A stretch of 64,000 bases of DNA from Phoronis australis (lineage: Eukaryota; Animalia; Phoronida), in contig NMRA01000124.1 in assembly GCA_002633005.1 (NCBI GenBank), forward strand, positions 235,493 to 299,492. The letters run 5' to 3'. The first letter of the stretch is position 1. Every line of letters starts with the position of its first letter. A program made the position numbers and the translations under genes. Under the pieces are notes generated by a model. That model saw nothing but the letters and a program-made list of their open reading frames with translations. It ran no database searches and had not been told where the DNA came from. Positions 1 to 33,464 of this stretch are shown piece by piece.

Positions 1-921
1 CATTCATTACCTAAGACTTGTACATACGGTCACTGCACCCAATAGTATTTTAATCATATTGCTACAATTTGTGCATTGAAGATCTGCAAAAGTATTCGCA
101 GTTTGAAGATGGTACCATTTCATGCAGTTGCTACAGTTTGTGTTCATTGAGGGTGCTGTAATACCTACATGGAGTTATGACTGGTATAATGTGGTAAAAT
201 AGTCATTGTTCCAATGTTTGTTTTTTAACCTCACAATATATTGAACATTTTCAGGAAAAATAATGGAACGGTTGAGTCTATTGAAGCTACGCTTAACTTG
301 GAGAATAAGGTAAGAAATGGAATCCTTGACTGGATGAAATATTTTCAGTTGAATTGAAAGAGTTAGGGATTTACATGATTGTCTGCTTCTTGTAACGGTT
401 GCTTTGCTTGTTTTGTTAGGTGTTAACATTTCTTCAATGAAAGTTGTTTAAATACTGTCTAATACTGCCACTGTTTTCCTTTTTAATTATAAATTGCTTT
501 ACTTATGTTAACGTAAGGTTATTATGCAACAAACATTCGGGTAATTTGCATTGTGTGGAGGGTTAGGAGATGAACAGCAGGTCACTCGTTCTATCAAAGG
601 ACGCAAATCTCATCTTGGTTAAGAGGGTTGTAACTTTGAATTTAATTTGCTCACAGTTAATTAAGGTGGCTCATGAAGGTGGTTGTTAAGTTTGAATATC
701 ATAATTTATGAACTTAACCTCAGGTGCAACGTTTTCTCTTAAAAAAAGCAGCGTCACATTTACAACCTTTGTTATGACCCCCAGGTGATGTAAAGAAAAC
801 TAAATTTTAAACTGATTTATATACAAAATGACATCTCCTAAAGAAAACGCAAGATCCAGTTGCACATCGCTTTAAGTACAATCTAACAAAGTTCCCTCCA
901 TTGCACACCGGCCAATTACAG

Positions 922-22758
<21,837 letters not shown>

Positions 22759-23344
22759 ACAGCATGGATGATGTAGCTTGCACTTCTAATTGAATTGCAG
22801 AAGATATGAAAACTATGGATTTGAGACATTAATTGCCAGTTGCGAATATTTCGAGTGTATTCATGAGGCACATCCTTCTTAACCAGGGGGATAAATTATG
22901 GTACTGAAGGTTGTCAACAAAATGACTTTGTGAAATCAACAATTAACGTGATGCATCACACTCCACTGAAATATCCATATCTGAGTGCAGAAGTAACTGA
23001 TACGTTCTCATTCATGTGTTTGTGTAACACATTGAACACTTTGCCTCGCACCAAAATCATTCAGAACACAACAAATCGCCATAACAACGAATTTCTTAAT
23101 TCACTGACATAGGTGCTATGGCAATAGCCTAGAGAGACGAATGTGTTGATTTAATCACAAAAGTCTTGTCAAAGAATAACACTTCTTGTTTTTGTGGTTA
23201 TTCTGAGGTCGAAATGGAGATAATATTTTTGGCTCAGTGGAAATTAGAACTTATATTTTTGGCTCGATATAACTACTCCATTTCATCTCACTTTGAAGTT
23301 GACCATTTTTGACCTGCCGATGTAGTGTGCAACATAACTTCAAC

Positions 23345-23350
23345 AATAAA
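23345..23350 (+). terminator. Candidate EPRS polyadenylation signal AATAAA
   Basis: AATAAA about 590 nt after the stop codon. Confidence 0.45.
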
Positions 23351-23787
23351 TTTTACTTCATGGATAACAATAATAATGACATATCTTACAGACTGAAATA
23401 GTAGTTACAGAGGCTCGTTTTTGTAGTTCAAAATCATGTTAATTTGATTCAATTTTTACTCGATGTTGCTCATTTCATTGTAACATTTAAGTAATAGCCA
23501 TAAGGAACCTGAATTTTATTTACAGCCTTTGTTACTGAATACAAGCGTCATCCATACATGGTAATTTTATAACTTCACCTTGTTTCCAATAGTAAGAAAC
23601 ATGCTTGTCCCAACTTCCCCTGTGTGCTTAATATTGCGTGACTCTAAAATGCTGGTGCTTGTACTAAGTGGTGATGTTATTTTCATGCAATACCTTAATG
23701 TACTTTTGATGTGAAAAAGTGAGAAATAATTTAAAAAACATCGGGTTTTGTTCTTTCTCACTACAATTTTTTGTGACACCTAAACAA

Positions 23788-23958
23788 TTGACCTATCGCA
23801 AGGATTTTGAGTGACGGCTTAATTGACTAATCAGAATGCGCATTCTTGACACACCTTCATTTCCAAGCCGCCATTTTACCCAACAAACACGTTGCCGGGT
23901 AAAACTTATTGTTTGTTAGCCGACATTACGCGAGGGGGCGAAGCTTGCCACAGGTCAA
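23788..23958. mobile_element. Short MITE
   Basis: Imperfect 15-bp TIRs TTGACCTATCGCAAG / CTTGCCACAGGTCAA. Confidence 0.5.
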
Positions 23959-24820
23959 TTCTTGATCCATCCCTAAAGTGTATGCACACTTGTGAAAATG
24001 TTGGTTACCATCAATTCCTGTACCTCCTGCAAATGAAATTTAGACTTAATTCTCTGCAAAAGCTTTGCATCGGCAGAAAAGCATATTCGCAAAACTCACC
24101 ACGTTATTTTAATGTATTTTTTAAATTGGAATATTAACACCGTGAGTGCAGGAAACCAATTGTAATGCTTAACTGTTTGGTGAGATTTGCTTCGAGAGGT
24201 CTTCATAAACCAGACTGGTTTTGTAATTTATGCGCGACGCCTCCTTAATAAAACCAATTGCTTTTTCAAGTGAAGACACACGCGATATACACCACGAGAC
24301 GGTGGGAAGTAGTTGAAATACTGTTGACAGTCAGCTTCATGTGACTGGACTCTAAAATCACATTGCTGTCGGCATTGAACCATCCAATTTACAACTTGTC
24401 CATGCAAAACTCGTTCTGCAGAACCCGTCAAATCCAAAACTGCTGGCTTCAATTACCGGATAGTTAAATACATCTTCAGAAAACTTCCAGTTTTGAGAAC
24501 AAAAATTTTAATCAATCCGTCCCCCCCTGCGAGTTGGGAGTACCTCTGCCTATAACCAGGTGGCACCACATGTTTGTGTTACTTGGAAGTTGCCAAATAC
24601 ATGAGAACTTCCACATTCCATATTTTATCGAAGCTGTGTGGCATACTGAAGGCAAAATCTATGAAAGTTGTCCAGTTCACAAAACTATGTAGAAATTCTG
24701 CAATTTTGTAACGTTTTGGAGTTCTATTTCTTCATCTGAAACTCTAACCCACAACTGGATCATGGGTTATAAGCCACCATTTGCCATTGCTTTACAATAC
24801 TAAACAAACTAAATGACCAG

Positions 24821-24958
24821 GGCCCGGTCTCCAATCTTCTACTCGAAATGGAACTCGAAATTAGGTTTGGCATTTTCTACTCTACTTTTGGGCGAACTCA
24901 AGATAAGTGTCTATTATTCTATGGTCGAGTACACAATAACTTACGTAGATAATTTATT
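24821..24958. mobile_element. Harbinger-like MITE, partial, inserted at CAG
   Basis: Near-identical to the right end of the 57734-58130 MITE (inverted); empty site ATGACCAG|TTTT in the duplicate (24460-24820 vs 24960-25318). Confidence 0.75.
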
Positions 24959-26170
24959 NATAGTTAAATACATCTTCAGAAAACTTCCAGTTTTGAGAAC
25001 AAAAATTTTAATCAATCCGTCCCCCCCTGCGAGTTGGGAGTACCTCTGCCTATAACCAGGTGGCACCACATGTTTGTGTTACTTGGAAGTTGCCAAATAC
25101 ATGAGAACTTCCACATTGAATATTTTATCGAAGCTGTGTGGCATACTGAAGGCAAAATCTATGAAAGTTGTCCAGTTCACAAAACTATGTAGAAATTCTG
25201 CAATTTTGTAACGTTATGGAGTTCTATTTCTTCATCTGAAACTAACCCACAACTGGATCATGGGTTATAAGCCACCATTTGCCATTGCTTTACAATACTA
25301 AACAAACTAAATGACCAGTTTTACCACATCACCGTCAGTGCAGATGGCAGACTTTCCATAGGGTTCACATGAAGTTTTTCCATTCCACTTGTAAACGTTT
25401 TTCCAAAGGAAATGTACCGTACCGTGAACCGTCTGCACCAGGAAAGCTTTCGAATGGGGAACACACCAGCCGAAAAGATTGTGCTTGATAGACCGCTGTC
25501 ACCATCCACATCAACTTAATAGCTCTAGAACATGGTCCAAGAAGGGTTTTTTTGCCAATATGATAGACTAAAGGTATAAAATAAAAACATCGTTTTTTCA
25601 ATTTCATTTCAAAATAGCAAATTTTCGCAGTTGGCTGCAAATCATACACTGAAATCAAAGCTAGCAACTTGTCAAATAGGCTTGAAAGACTGCTTTGCTA
25701 TTTATCCCATGTTTAGGTTTGCTAAGTGAGCCGAGGTCGTTAGTTCAGTTTACAAAAATCCTTTCTCTATTACATCACTTCAAATTTCTCACATAAAGTA
25801 AAAGTTGCACAAGCCAGACATATACAAGTCAGTTCTGTTATATGGATGTTCTGCTTGGAGTACTAAGGCTGGAGGTAAGTCAAATTTCCCCTTGATAGGG
25901 CAAATTCTCTGTCCAAGTGTTCCCGACTTCTGGTAGTTTTAATGTATATAAATAATAAATCCCACACATGAAAGGCTACTTTGCCCTTTTATAAGTCATA
26001 ACAAAAAGTTGATAAGAAGGGAATAAGTTTATTTCACATAAAGTTTATTGAAGTGTAGTCCTAGATAAAACAACAGTGTATGTATATAGAGTCCATTTCT
26101 TGAGATGGTTTCATGGATGGTTCTGGAGTTTTCTGGAAACACTTCACTTTATGCTTCTTCAGAGCAACTG

Positions 26171-26179
26171 CTAATCCAT
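26171..26179 (-). CDS. RPS29: RPS29 exon 3 (MD*)
   Basis: tgttgtttcag|ATG GAT TAG; AATAAA on - at 26044-26049. Confidence 0.85.
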   Translation of the reverse strand: MD

Positions 26180-29100
26180 CTGAAACAACAGCAACATCAC
26201 ATCACATAAATTATAATCCATATGTAATCGAAAGTTTTCATACAGTTGGAGTCTACTTAACAAATAACATTCATAATTCAACTTGAGCTGCTTTATTAAA
26301 GGTCTGGATTACCCATAATGTTAGCACTTTCATGGCCCTGGGTAACGTGTTGATCTGTAACAAACTTCCCAAGCTCGAAGCCAGCATAGTTCACTAAAAG
26401 AAGAACCGACTCGTAAGAAATTGGCTGGCTGACCTTCAGAAAACAACCCAACTGGAAAGTCACGTGACAGCACAACTAACGAATTTTAGGCAAAGCAAAC
26501 CGTAACGCTTTAATTTACATTTCATAGTAAGTTATCTGTTATACCCACAGTTCACATGAAACACAAGCTACAAAAGAAAAACAAACTCAAAGCGACAACC
26601 ACAGTGCATTTCTAAACCCATTTGTGCAAGAAAGGACAAATTTATCAAAAAGCAATTATTTCAATGCATTGCAAACTCAAATTCGCCTTGTTTGAACTTT
26701 GGTGCAGTTTTCACGCGACATTCCAGTGTTTTCCTGTATCATGCCATGATGGCAAATTCTAAATTGAAAGTCCATATCCACACAGTGGTTGGAGGGTTAA
26801 CCTCGAGCATATCGACAAAAACGTGCATTGAACTGTTGCTTGAAAAATGATCAAACTCGCAGGAGATCAAATGTGCCTCTACATTCCAAATTCATCGCAG
26901 GAGTGCCAAACCTGTCACAGCAAAATCTGAACTCTCGGATACCCTGATTTTCCTTGGTAACAGAAAACGGACGGAATTCATGAAATCTAAGTTCTTTCGT
27001 GGAAAGAAATTTCGAATGAAACTAACATATTTCAGTAATAGATGACATAATTCAAATACTTTTAGTTTAAAACTGACAAAATTAAGATTCTGGGCCCTAA
27101 GCAATTGACTACCATTTTACAATAGACATGTTCAAGTAGTTGCTCATTCTTTCCAAAGGTGACACTGTTCTTTTCCCGTTTAAGAAAACCGTAAACATGG
27201 CGTGCAGCAAGTTAGCCACATGAAGCTGTGCCATAATTCAGTGGAACAAGCAAGCAATTCCAAGGTAGATATGTATATTATTCAAAAGTTGGAAGCAGTA
27301 TTTCCGAAAATGTACGTTTGCAGTGCCCACGCTCACCTAAAGGTAAAGGTGCCTGTGCCACCAGAGGGGAATTTTTGGTTGAGAGAAACCAGTACCACCT
27401 TAGTCACCACCTTTATCGGCAATGCCCAAAGTGCTCGATATTCGGTCCCAAAATCAAGGTTTACCAAAAGAGATTTCTTTGTTTTTGAACACGGAAAATC
27501 AGGGTATCTAAAGCTCCTTACTGCGACAAGATGGAAAACAGGATGTGAACACAGTGCCCAAAATTTATTTAAAACACTGGGTCAAAATAAGACGCAACAG
27601 ACTTCCAGGTAGTTCACCCCTATCGCCAACAGCGAAAACATCCGACTTACCTTCTTAAAGCCAATAACATTGGCGTATTCTCTGAAACACTGACGACACA
27701 TGTTAATCCCATATTTCCTGATCAGACCATGACGGTTACTGCATACTCGGCTGTAAAATAAATTGTAAAATCCTGCATTCTTCCAAAGCATCCGGCTAAA
27801 TAACAGGAATTTGCACCCACAGCCCAAGCACTAACAGAGAACCTTGTACCATGCGTATTAAAAACTTTTCGCTCTTTATTCAAGGGTGCCAAACTTGTTC
27901 CTTCGACACGTTGTGGAAATCATTGACAACTTCTCCTGTTAAAGAGAAAAAATCTCCAAATCAAGAGAAGCCTGCTTCTGCATTAAGATCACCTCTTTCC
28001 AATATAGCAGTCCGCTCAAATAAGATTTAGAATGTCGAGCAAAAGTTTTACAGCAGTGACTAGTGCAAGGTACGTTAGCATCGGTCAAGTGTATGGTTAG
28101 TTAAAGGAAAGACAAGGGTTAAACGGTAAAAGTCAAATTGACGAGTCGCTCATTGAAATAGCCGACGGCAACCAGTTTTCACGGAATAATGGTCATTAAA
28201 TGTTATTCAGTGAAACGAGTTGCCGGCAGCCACTCGCCAGTGGGACCAGTCTATTTGACTGGCTGGAAAAAATTCTAGCACGGAACAAGCAACATTGCAA
28301 TTAGATCAGCTAGGCTTGCGCTAGCCACTGGCGAATTATGAGGTTGTGAAAATCATGAAAAATGACAAAATTTCGCTCTTGCTAGGGAGGATGTTTTTTA
28401 ATTTTTTTTACAATACCCATGTGTCGTACATTTTTGAAAAGCCCTTGGTGTGAGAAATGAAATGGTGCAAAAATCAGAAAAATTGGATGAGCGGTTAACG
28501 AGAAAATGGTAGTTGAAACGCGATGATTGTGCGTAAAATATCAGCCTTTTTACATAATTTCGTAAAAAATAAAAGAATATACATGTGCTGCATATAAAAG
28601 ATTCGTCTCATTGAGACAAACATGGTGGTGTGTATTATATAAAATTTGGATCGATTTCTACAGAGATATTGCTGTTTAAGTGTGTTGTTAGCATATAGAA
28701 CAGGCTCATCATGTTTGATGAAAACAGTGAATTACACAGCTTAAAAGCTAAAGAGCAAAGACACCACATCAGCTCAGAAAATAAATACATCTCATTCTGA
28801 GCTAGGAGGAAATTTCACATCAAATTACAAGATAACATTGGTGGATTTGGGGAGGGGGCAAGGGGGCCAGCCCGTGCCCCCCCCCCCTAAAACTCCCAGA
28901 TTTCATTTGGCAGTTTGAGGGTGCAAATATCTTACGGGTAAAATTCTGCATAATACTCTGCCCTGCCCACCTCCTATCTAAAAATCCTAGATCTGCCCCT
29001 GAATACTACTACATGGGCAACACATCATTGCCCGACAGCGACAGGGGGCTGGGGGAAGCTATAGCTCCCCCACTTTTTTCAGTGCTGGGTGCCACCCATG

Positions 29101-30247
29101 TACTATTAGATCGTATCATGGAAAAAACATCAGAAAGTAGACAAAAGACCATTTGGGAAAATAAATCACTCTTAACATGAAGGATTTCACCATTTACGCA
29201 ACAAAAACTTTGTAACAACTTTATTCCGAACGGTTAAGTTGTGATGCCATTGAACTTCAACGTAGCCGCTGGTGGCGCTCACATGCGGCGACTTAGTGAA
29301 CTAACGACTGCTGTTTGAAAAGTGCCAATGCGCAGCAGTTTGACAGAATTTCTGAAAATGAAATAATTACCAATTAAAAGAGTGATAAATTCCTCATCGA
29401 AAAATCGGGGGGCATATTGCGCAACTGGAAAAACATCAATCTCCCGACCGACCAAAATTAGGCCTTCCGGACGATCGAAAACTCGCCATGAAAACTTGGC
29501 CATGACTTCGAGAAAACAACTTGAGGAGATGCGCACGCATCTAAACTACATCCTGTCCAAATTTCATGTTTCTATTTATAGTGCTCTTTTGGATAGGAGG
29601 AACAAGAGGTACTTTTTCGAAAGTTGATCGCATTGTGGAAAATCGTGCACTAAAAAAAGCTTAGAAAAATGATTTATCAGCGATAATTTGAGACAAAAAG
29701 ATTACAAACTTACAAATAAAGACTAAGGTAACGATTTATAACACAAAATTGTCTTATAGTTAACTTTGAAGTCTGAAATCGGGTAATTTACCGACGTGGG
29801 TTTTACACGGAGGCAGATATGGAGCACCTACTTTTTGATCGTCCTCCCTTCTCTTGCTGAATTTCCGCCATATTGGTTTGCTCACCCCTACTTAAATTTT
29901 CAACTTTTTACCTACATCGTTATCTAGATACATTTCGACGTCAGTCTATACATAGGCCTACAGCTAACAAGCTGGCTCGTAGACAGATTACGTGTCGGTG
30001 TACTTCGCAAGGCGTACGTTCGACACAACTCGCCACAGAACTCGCAACAGGCACAGGCACAACTGAACAAGGGCACACAAGACTTAATTGAAATTGGCCA
30101 ATTTAAACCAATCTTGCTATTTAAAGGACGAGGGACACTAGAAAACAACATAGTGAATATTTTGTGACTAAAACACAAGCTGTACCATGATCGAGCGCCC
30201 TGTCCAAACTTTTTTGGGTGAGAGCACCAAACGCTGGCAAATCCCAT
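26171..30247 (-). CDS. RPS29: 40S ribosomal protein S29 (uS14), three coding exons, 56 aa
   Basis: Exons 30247-30186, 27750-27651 and 26179-26171 give [56 protein letters not shown]; CxxC...CxxC zinc site; 62/100/9-nt coding layout. Confidence 0.97.
26701..27580 (-). promoter_or_regulatory. Predicted long-range intronic RNA structure in RPS29 pre-mRNA
   Basis: 27493-27533 complements 26906-26953 (16-bp perfect core plus G-U-containing extensions); 27533-27580 partly complements 26701-26734. Confidence 0.7.
27337..27520 (-). other. Candidate poison cassette exon in RPS29 intron 2
   Basis: Acceptor CCTGTTTTCCATCTTGTCGCAG|TAA (in-frame stop as first codon) and donor TTTAG|GTGAGC. Confidence 0.55.
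27651..27750 (-). CDS. RPS29: RPS29 exon 2
   Basis: cag|[34 protein letters not shown]|gtaagt. Confidence 0.97.
30186..30247 (-). CDS. RPS29: RPS29 exon 1 (coding part)
   Basis: [20 protein letters not shown](C)|gtacag. Confidence 0.95.
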
Positions 30248-30262
30248 TATGGCGGCCTAGGT

Positions 30263-30275
30263 GAAAAGAGCGAGC
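30263..30275 (-). promoter_or_regulatory. TCT initiator / 5'TOP pyrimidine tract of RPS29
   Basis: CTCGCTCTTTTC ending 15 nt before the ATG, typical of ribosomal protein genes. Confidence 0.75.
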
Positions 30276-32711
30276 ATGCGTACCACAGTAGCGACTGTAA
30301 ACATCATTTTCTACATTTTTAAGAAAAAGTTAAAAATATGTAATATGAAGCAACTGAATGCAACAAATTATCCAAAATTTAGTTTTATAAACTCGAGAAT
30401 CTGATAACACGACACCAAATAGCCGTATAATACGTGTGTCACCTCATTCAATAATGTTAACTGAAATATCCAGCTGGTAACCAGTGTCACCTATTGCTCA
30501 GCATTATAACTACATCTAGCAGTTTGTTTCATCATGGCGGGAATATTCAGGATTTCCCACCGTCAAAGTGTTGGGTTTTTCCAAAAATTCTGATCAATGC
30601 TATTAACGATTACACAGATTTACTTTCTTTCTGAATTCAAAGGAAATATTCTTCTACTATATTGTGAGTATTTAGTGCACACTTCAATATTGATTCCATG
30701 TTATTTACGTTGGCGCCAATGGGCATTTTCCCAAGGCGCAGTGCATCACTGGAAATTCCAAATTTGGAAATTCTATTTTTTCCCACTCCTCTGCTAACTA
30801 AAGCAGCCAAAATGAAATTGGTGATCACGTTTTACTTCTATTTTTGTATTCACTGCTAACCTTACTATACCGAAACAATTGTTATTTAGATTACCAATTA
30901 TAATTTAGAATAATTATTCTCAGTGCAAGGCTAAAAGTACTTCGATGACACTGTTTGCAAAAAAATCGCAGGTGTACTTCGAAATATTAAAATGGTTGTC
31001 ATTAATGAATTGCCCTGAGATCAGTAGCAATGATCTTGAAGAAATTGTCTTCAAAGTTACGAGCTGACAAATAATAGTACAATCACGTGGTCTGATGCAC
31101 CGTCGTCAGTTACATCACACGTGCGTTGACTGTTCATTGCCCATTGCGGCGCCTGAAACCGTTTCTTGTTATACACATTTTACACAAAACACACAAATTG
31201 AACCGAGTTGAGGAGGTGGAGACTAGGCTCAAGGGTCTATCACAGGGGTCCAGTGAGAACACCTGATGACAGATGGAGGCAAAACAATTAAACGAAAATG
31301 TACAAGGAGAAAGAAAAAGCCGTCATAATTGGAATTCTGAGCCCTAATCCAAACTCAAAATACCCAAACGTCATATTAAGTCCGTGTCTGCTTTAATTGA
31401 CGACTGGGGGGTTATTCCTTTAGTTAACGTGTAATACATAGGTCACGATGCTCAGACGTCTAGTATTTTTGAAACAAAGAAATATCTTTGTATTGATGAT
31501 CAGAAAATTGAAATTGTCACCGTAAAATAACACGGCTATGACGAAATAATTTACCGAGAATTAATAACTATAACATCATCCTCTGAATTTTGATATTCCA
31601 AAAAAATATTACTCATATGCAATCCATATTTGCATTATTATAAATAGCGCCTTGTGTTCTACAAAGTGCAAAGTGCGCGAAACAAGAGCGACCTGACTCG
31701 CTTTTTAATCTTTGCACAATGGAGATATCAACGTCGATTTAATGTTGACTACGACTTGGGTTTTCCCGGCTGGTCGACATGCCTTGACTTGTATCAAAGC
31801 GGGAAATTCCGTGTTGAACGCATAAGCTTTCATCTTTTACAGCGTCGGAAGGGTAAGGAGTACAAAGTTTATGTTCACATAATTCAACTCTGCGAATGGC
31901 TATCCCATGCACGGACAAGCCAACAGCTAAGTCGCAAATGGTGCCAGAGGGTCTGGTGCCGCTGCCTGTCAGCGTAGTGTCCGCGGATAGCTCGTCAGAT
32001 ACCAACCAAGATGACGGATGTCTACATGAGCATGTAAGTTCTCGACATGCATCACTGGAAGACAGCCACGTAAGTGAGATGAACAGCAAGAGTTTTTAAG
32101 ACAGGATATACTTTCAACACCTAGTAGCTGTTGAGAATATCCAGTTTTGCTCACTGTTTTTATGCTGGACCTTGTTGACAAGTCTGCCAAATATCTACAA
32201 ATTCTAGATTTTGAACAAGGTATATATATTTTTTGCCTGAAAGCAAAATGTCTGTAGAATTATGTTTTTTGGCTCTATTCCAATTTAATCTGCCATTAAC
32301 TGGGTCACGTGACCATTTAACAAAAAGGAAAGATACATTCATAAAAAACAACGGTGTCAATATCACGATCCGATTTTACTTGATATACATAATCAAGATG
32401 ATATCCCAAAAACCCTGTTGCAATTATTTATCACTTCGTTTCCGTTTTATGTAACTTAAAATGTTAGTTCATGAAAATCAAGAAAGTTCTACTTTTTGAT
32501 AATCACTAATGATGGAAAAGTGGAACATTTCAAAAAAAACTTTAAAAAAGGATTTTAGAGAGCCATATGAGTGTATATAACACAGTACCTCAAAGTTTCA
32601 CAGGAATTCGTTCAAACATTTCTAGAGTCCTACATGATCTTAACTATTTTACTGTTTCCCTCGTTACAAGTAAATACATAGAATGAAGACAATAGAGAAA
32701 AGTTTTGTTTT

Positions 32712-32868
32712 CAGTGGCGGATTTAGAGGGGGGCCAAGGGGGCCATGGACCCCCTAAAATTCTCCCAGATTCCATTTGGCAGTTCCGGAGTGCGAATGTC
32801 TGACGGGCAAAATCCTGGCTCTGGCCTGCCCTTCCCCGCTAACCGTCAAGTCCTAGTTCCGCCCGTGG
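32712..32868. mobile_element. GC-rich MITE (CAGTGGCGGATTTAG...CTAGTTCCGCCCGTG); related copies near 28840-29001, 48535 and 61947
   Basis: Short TIRs; internal sequence shared with 28840-29001 (CTCCCAGATT.CATTTGGCAGTT). Confidence 0.6.
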
Positions 32869-33212
32869 TTTTAGCGACTGAAATAACGAGTTTGTTCGCA
32901 CTGAGAAGGAAGACTTAGAAACGACTCGATGGGTGGATTGTTTTAGTAAACAAATCGGTTTGAATGAGAAGGGAATTTTTAGGGTCTTTTTGAACTAATA
33001 ACTAACATGTAAGGAGCGATACACATGACGTCATCNGATGGTAAAAAGTTGCAAATTTTGGATGACGTAATATGCGAATGCTCCCTTGATACGCAATCTA
33101 ATTTTAAAATGGCGTTGCGCCTTCCAACCCACTATGGCTCACATGTCAATAAGGGAGACAAAATGAACCCACAAACATATGAATACAATATGTCACCAGT
33201 TTACAACAATCA

Positions 33213-33464
33213 GGACCCTTCCAAGAAACTGACTTTAATTCATGTTTTACTAAAGTCAAAGATTTGTTTCAACTTCCAACTTACTTTGAAACTTCCACAT
33301 CAGTTAAGTTCGACAAAATTAAGACAAAACTGAAGTCAAAAACTTAAGTCAAGCTTTTAAGATTTCTTTCTTGAAACGACTTGAGAGAAATTAAAGTTTT
33401 ATCTTAAATATGGCTGAAATATAACATTTGTCTTAGCTAAGTCAGTTTTCTTGGAACGGGCCCC
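33213..33464. mobile_element. Harbinger-like MITE
   Basis: TIRs GGACCCTTCCAAGAAACTGACTT / AAGTCAGTTTTCTTGGAACGGGCC. Confidence 0.55.

Noticed and set aside
26870-27470. H/ACA snoRNA in RPS29 intron 2 (ACATTT ends near 27310 and 26872)
   Set aside because: No convincing H box or two-hairpin fold, and no match to snoRNAs I recognise; an Rfam/snoReport search would settle it
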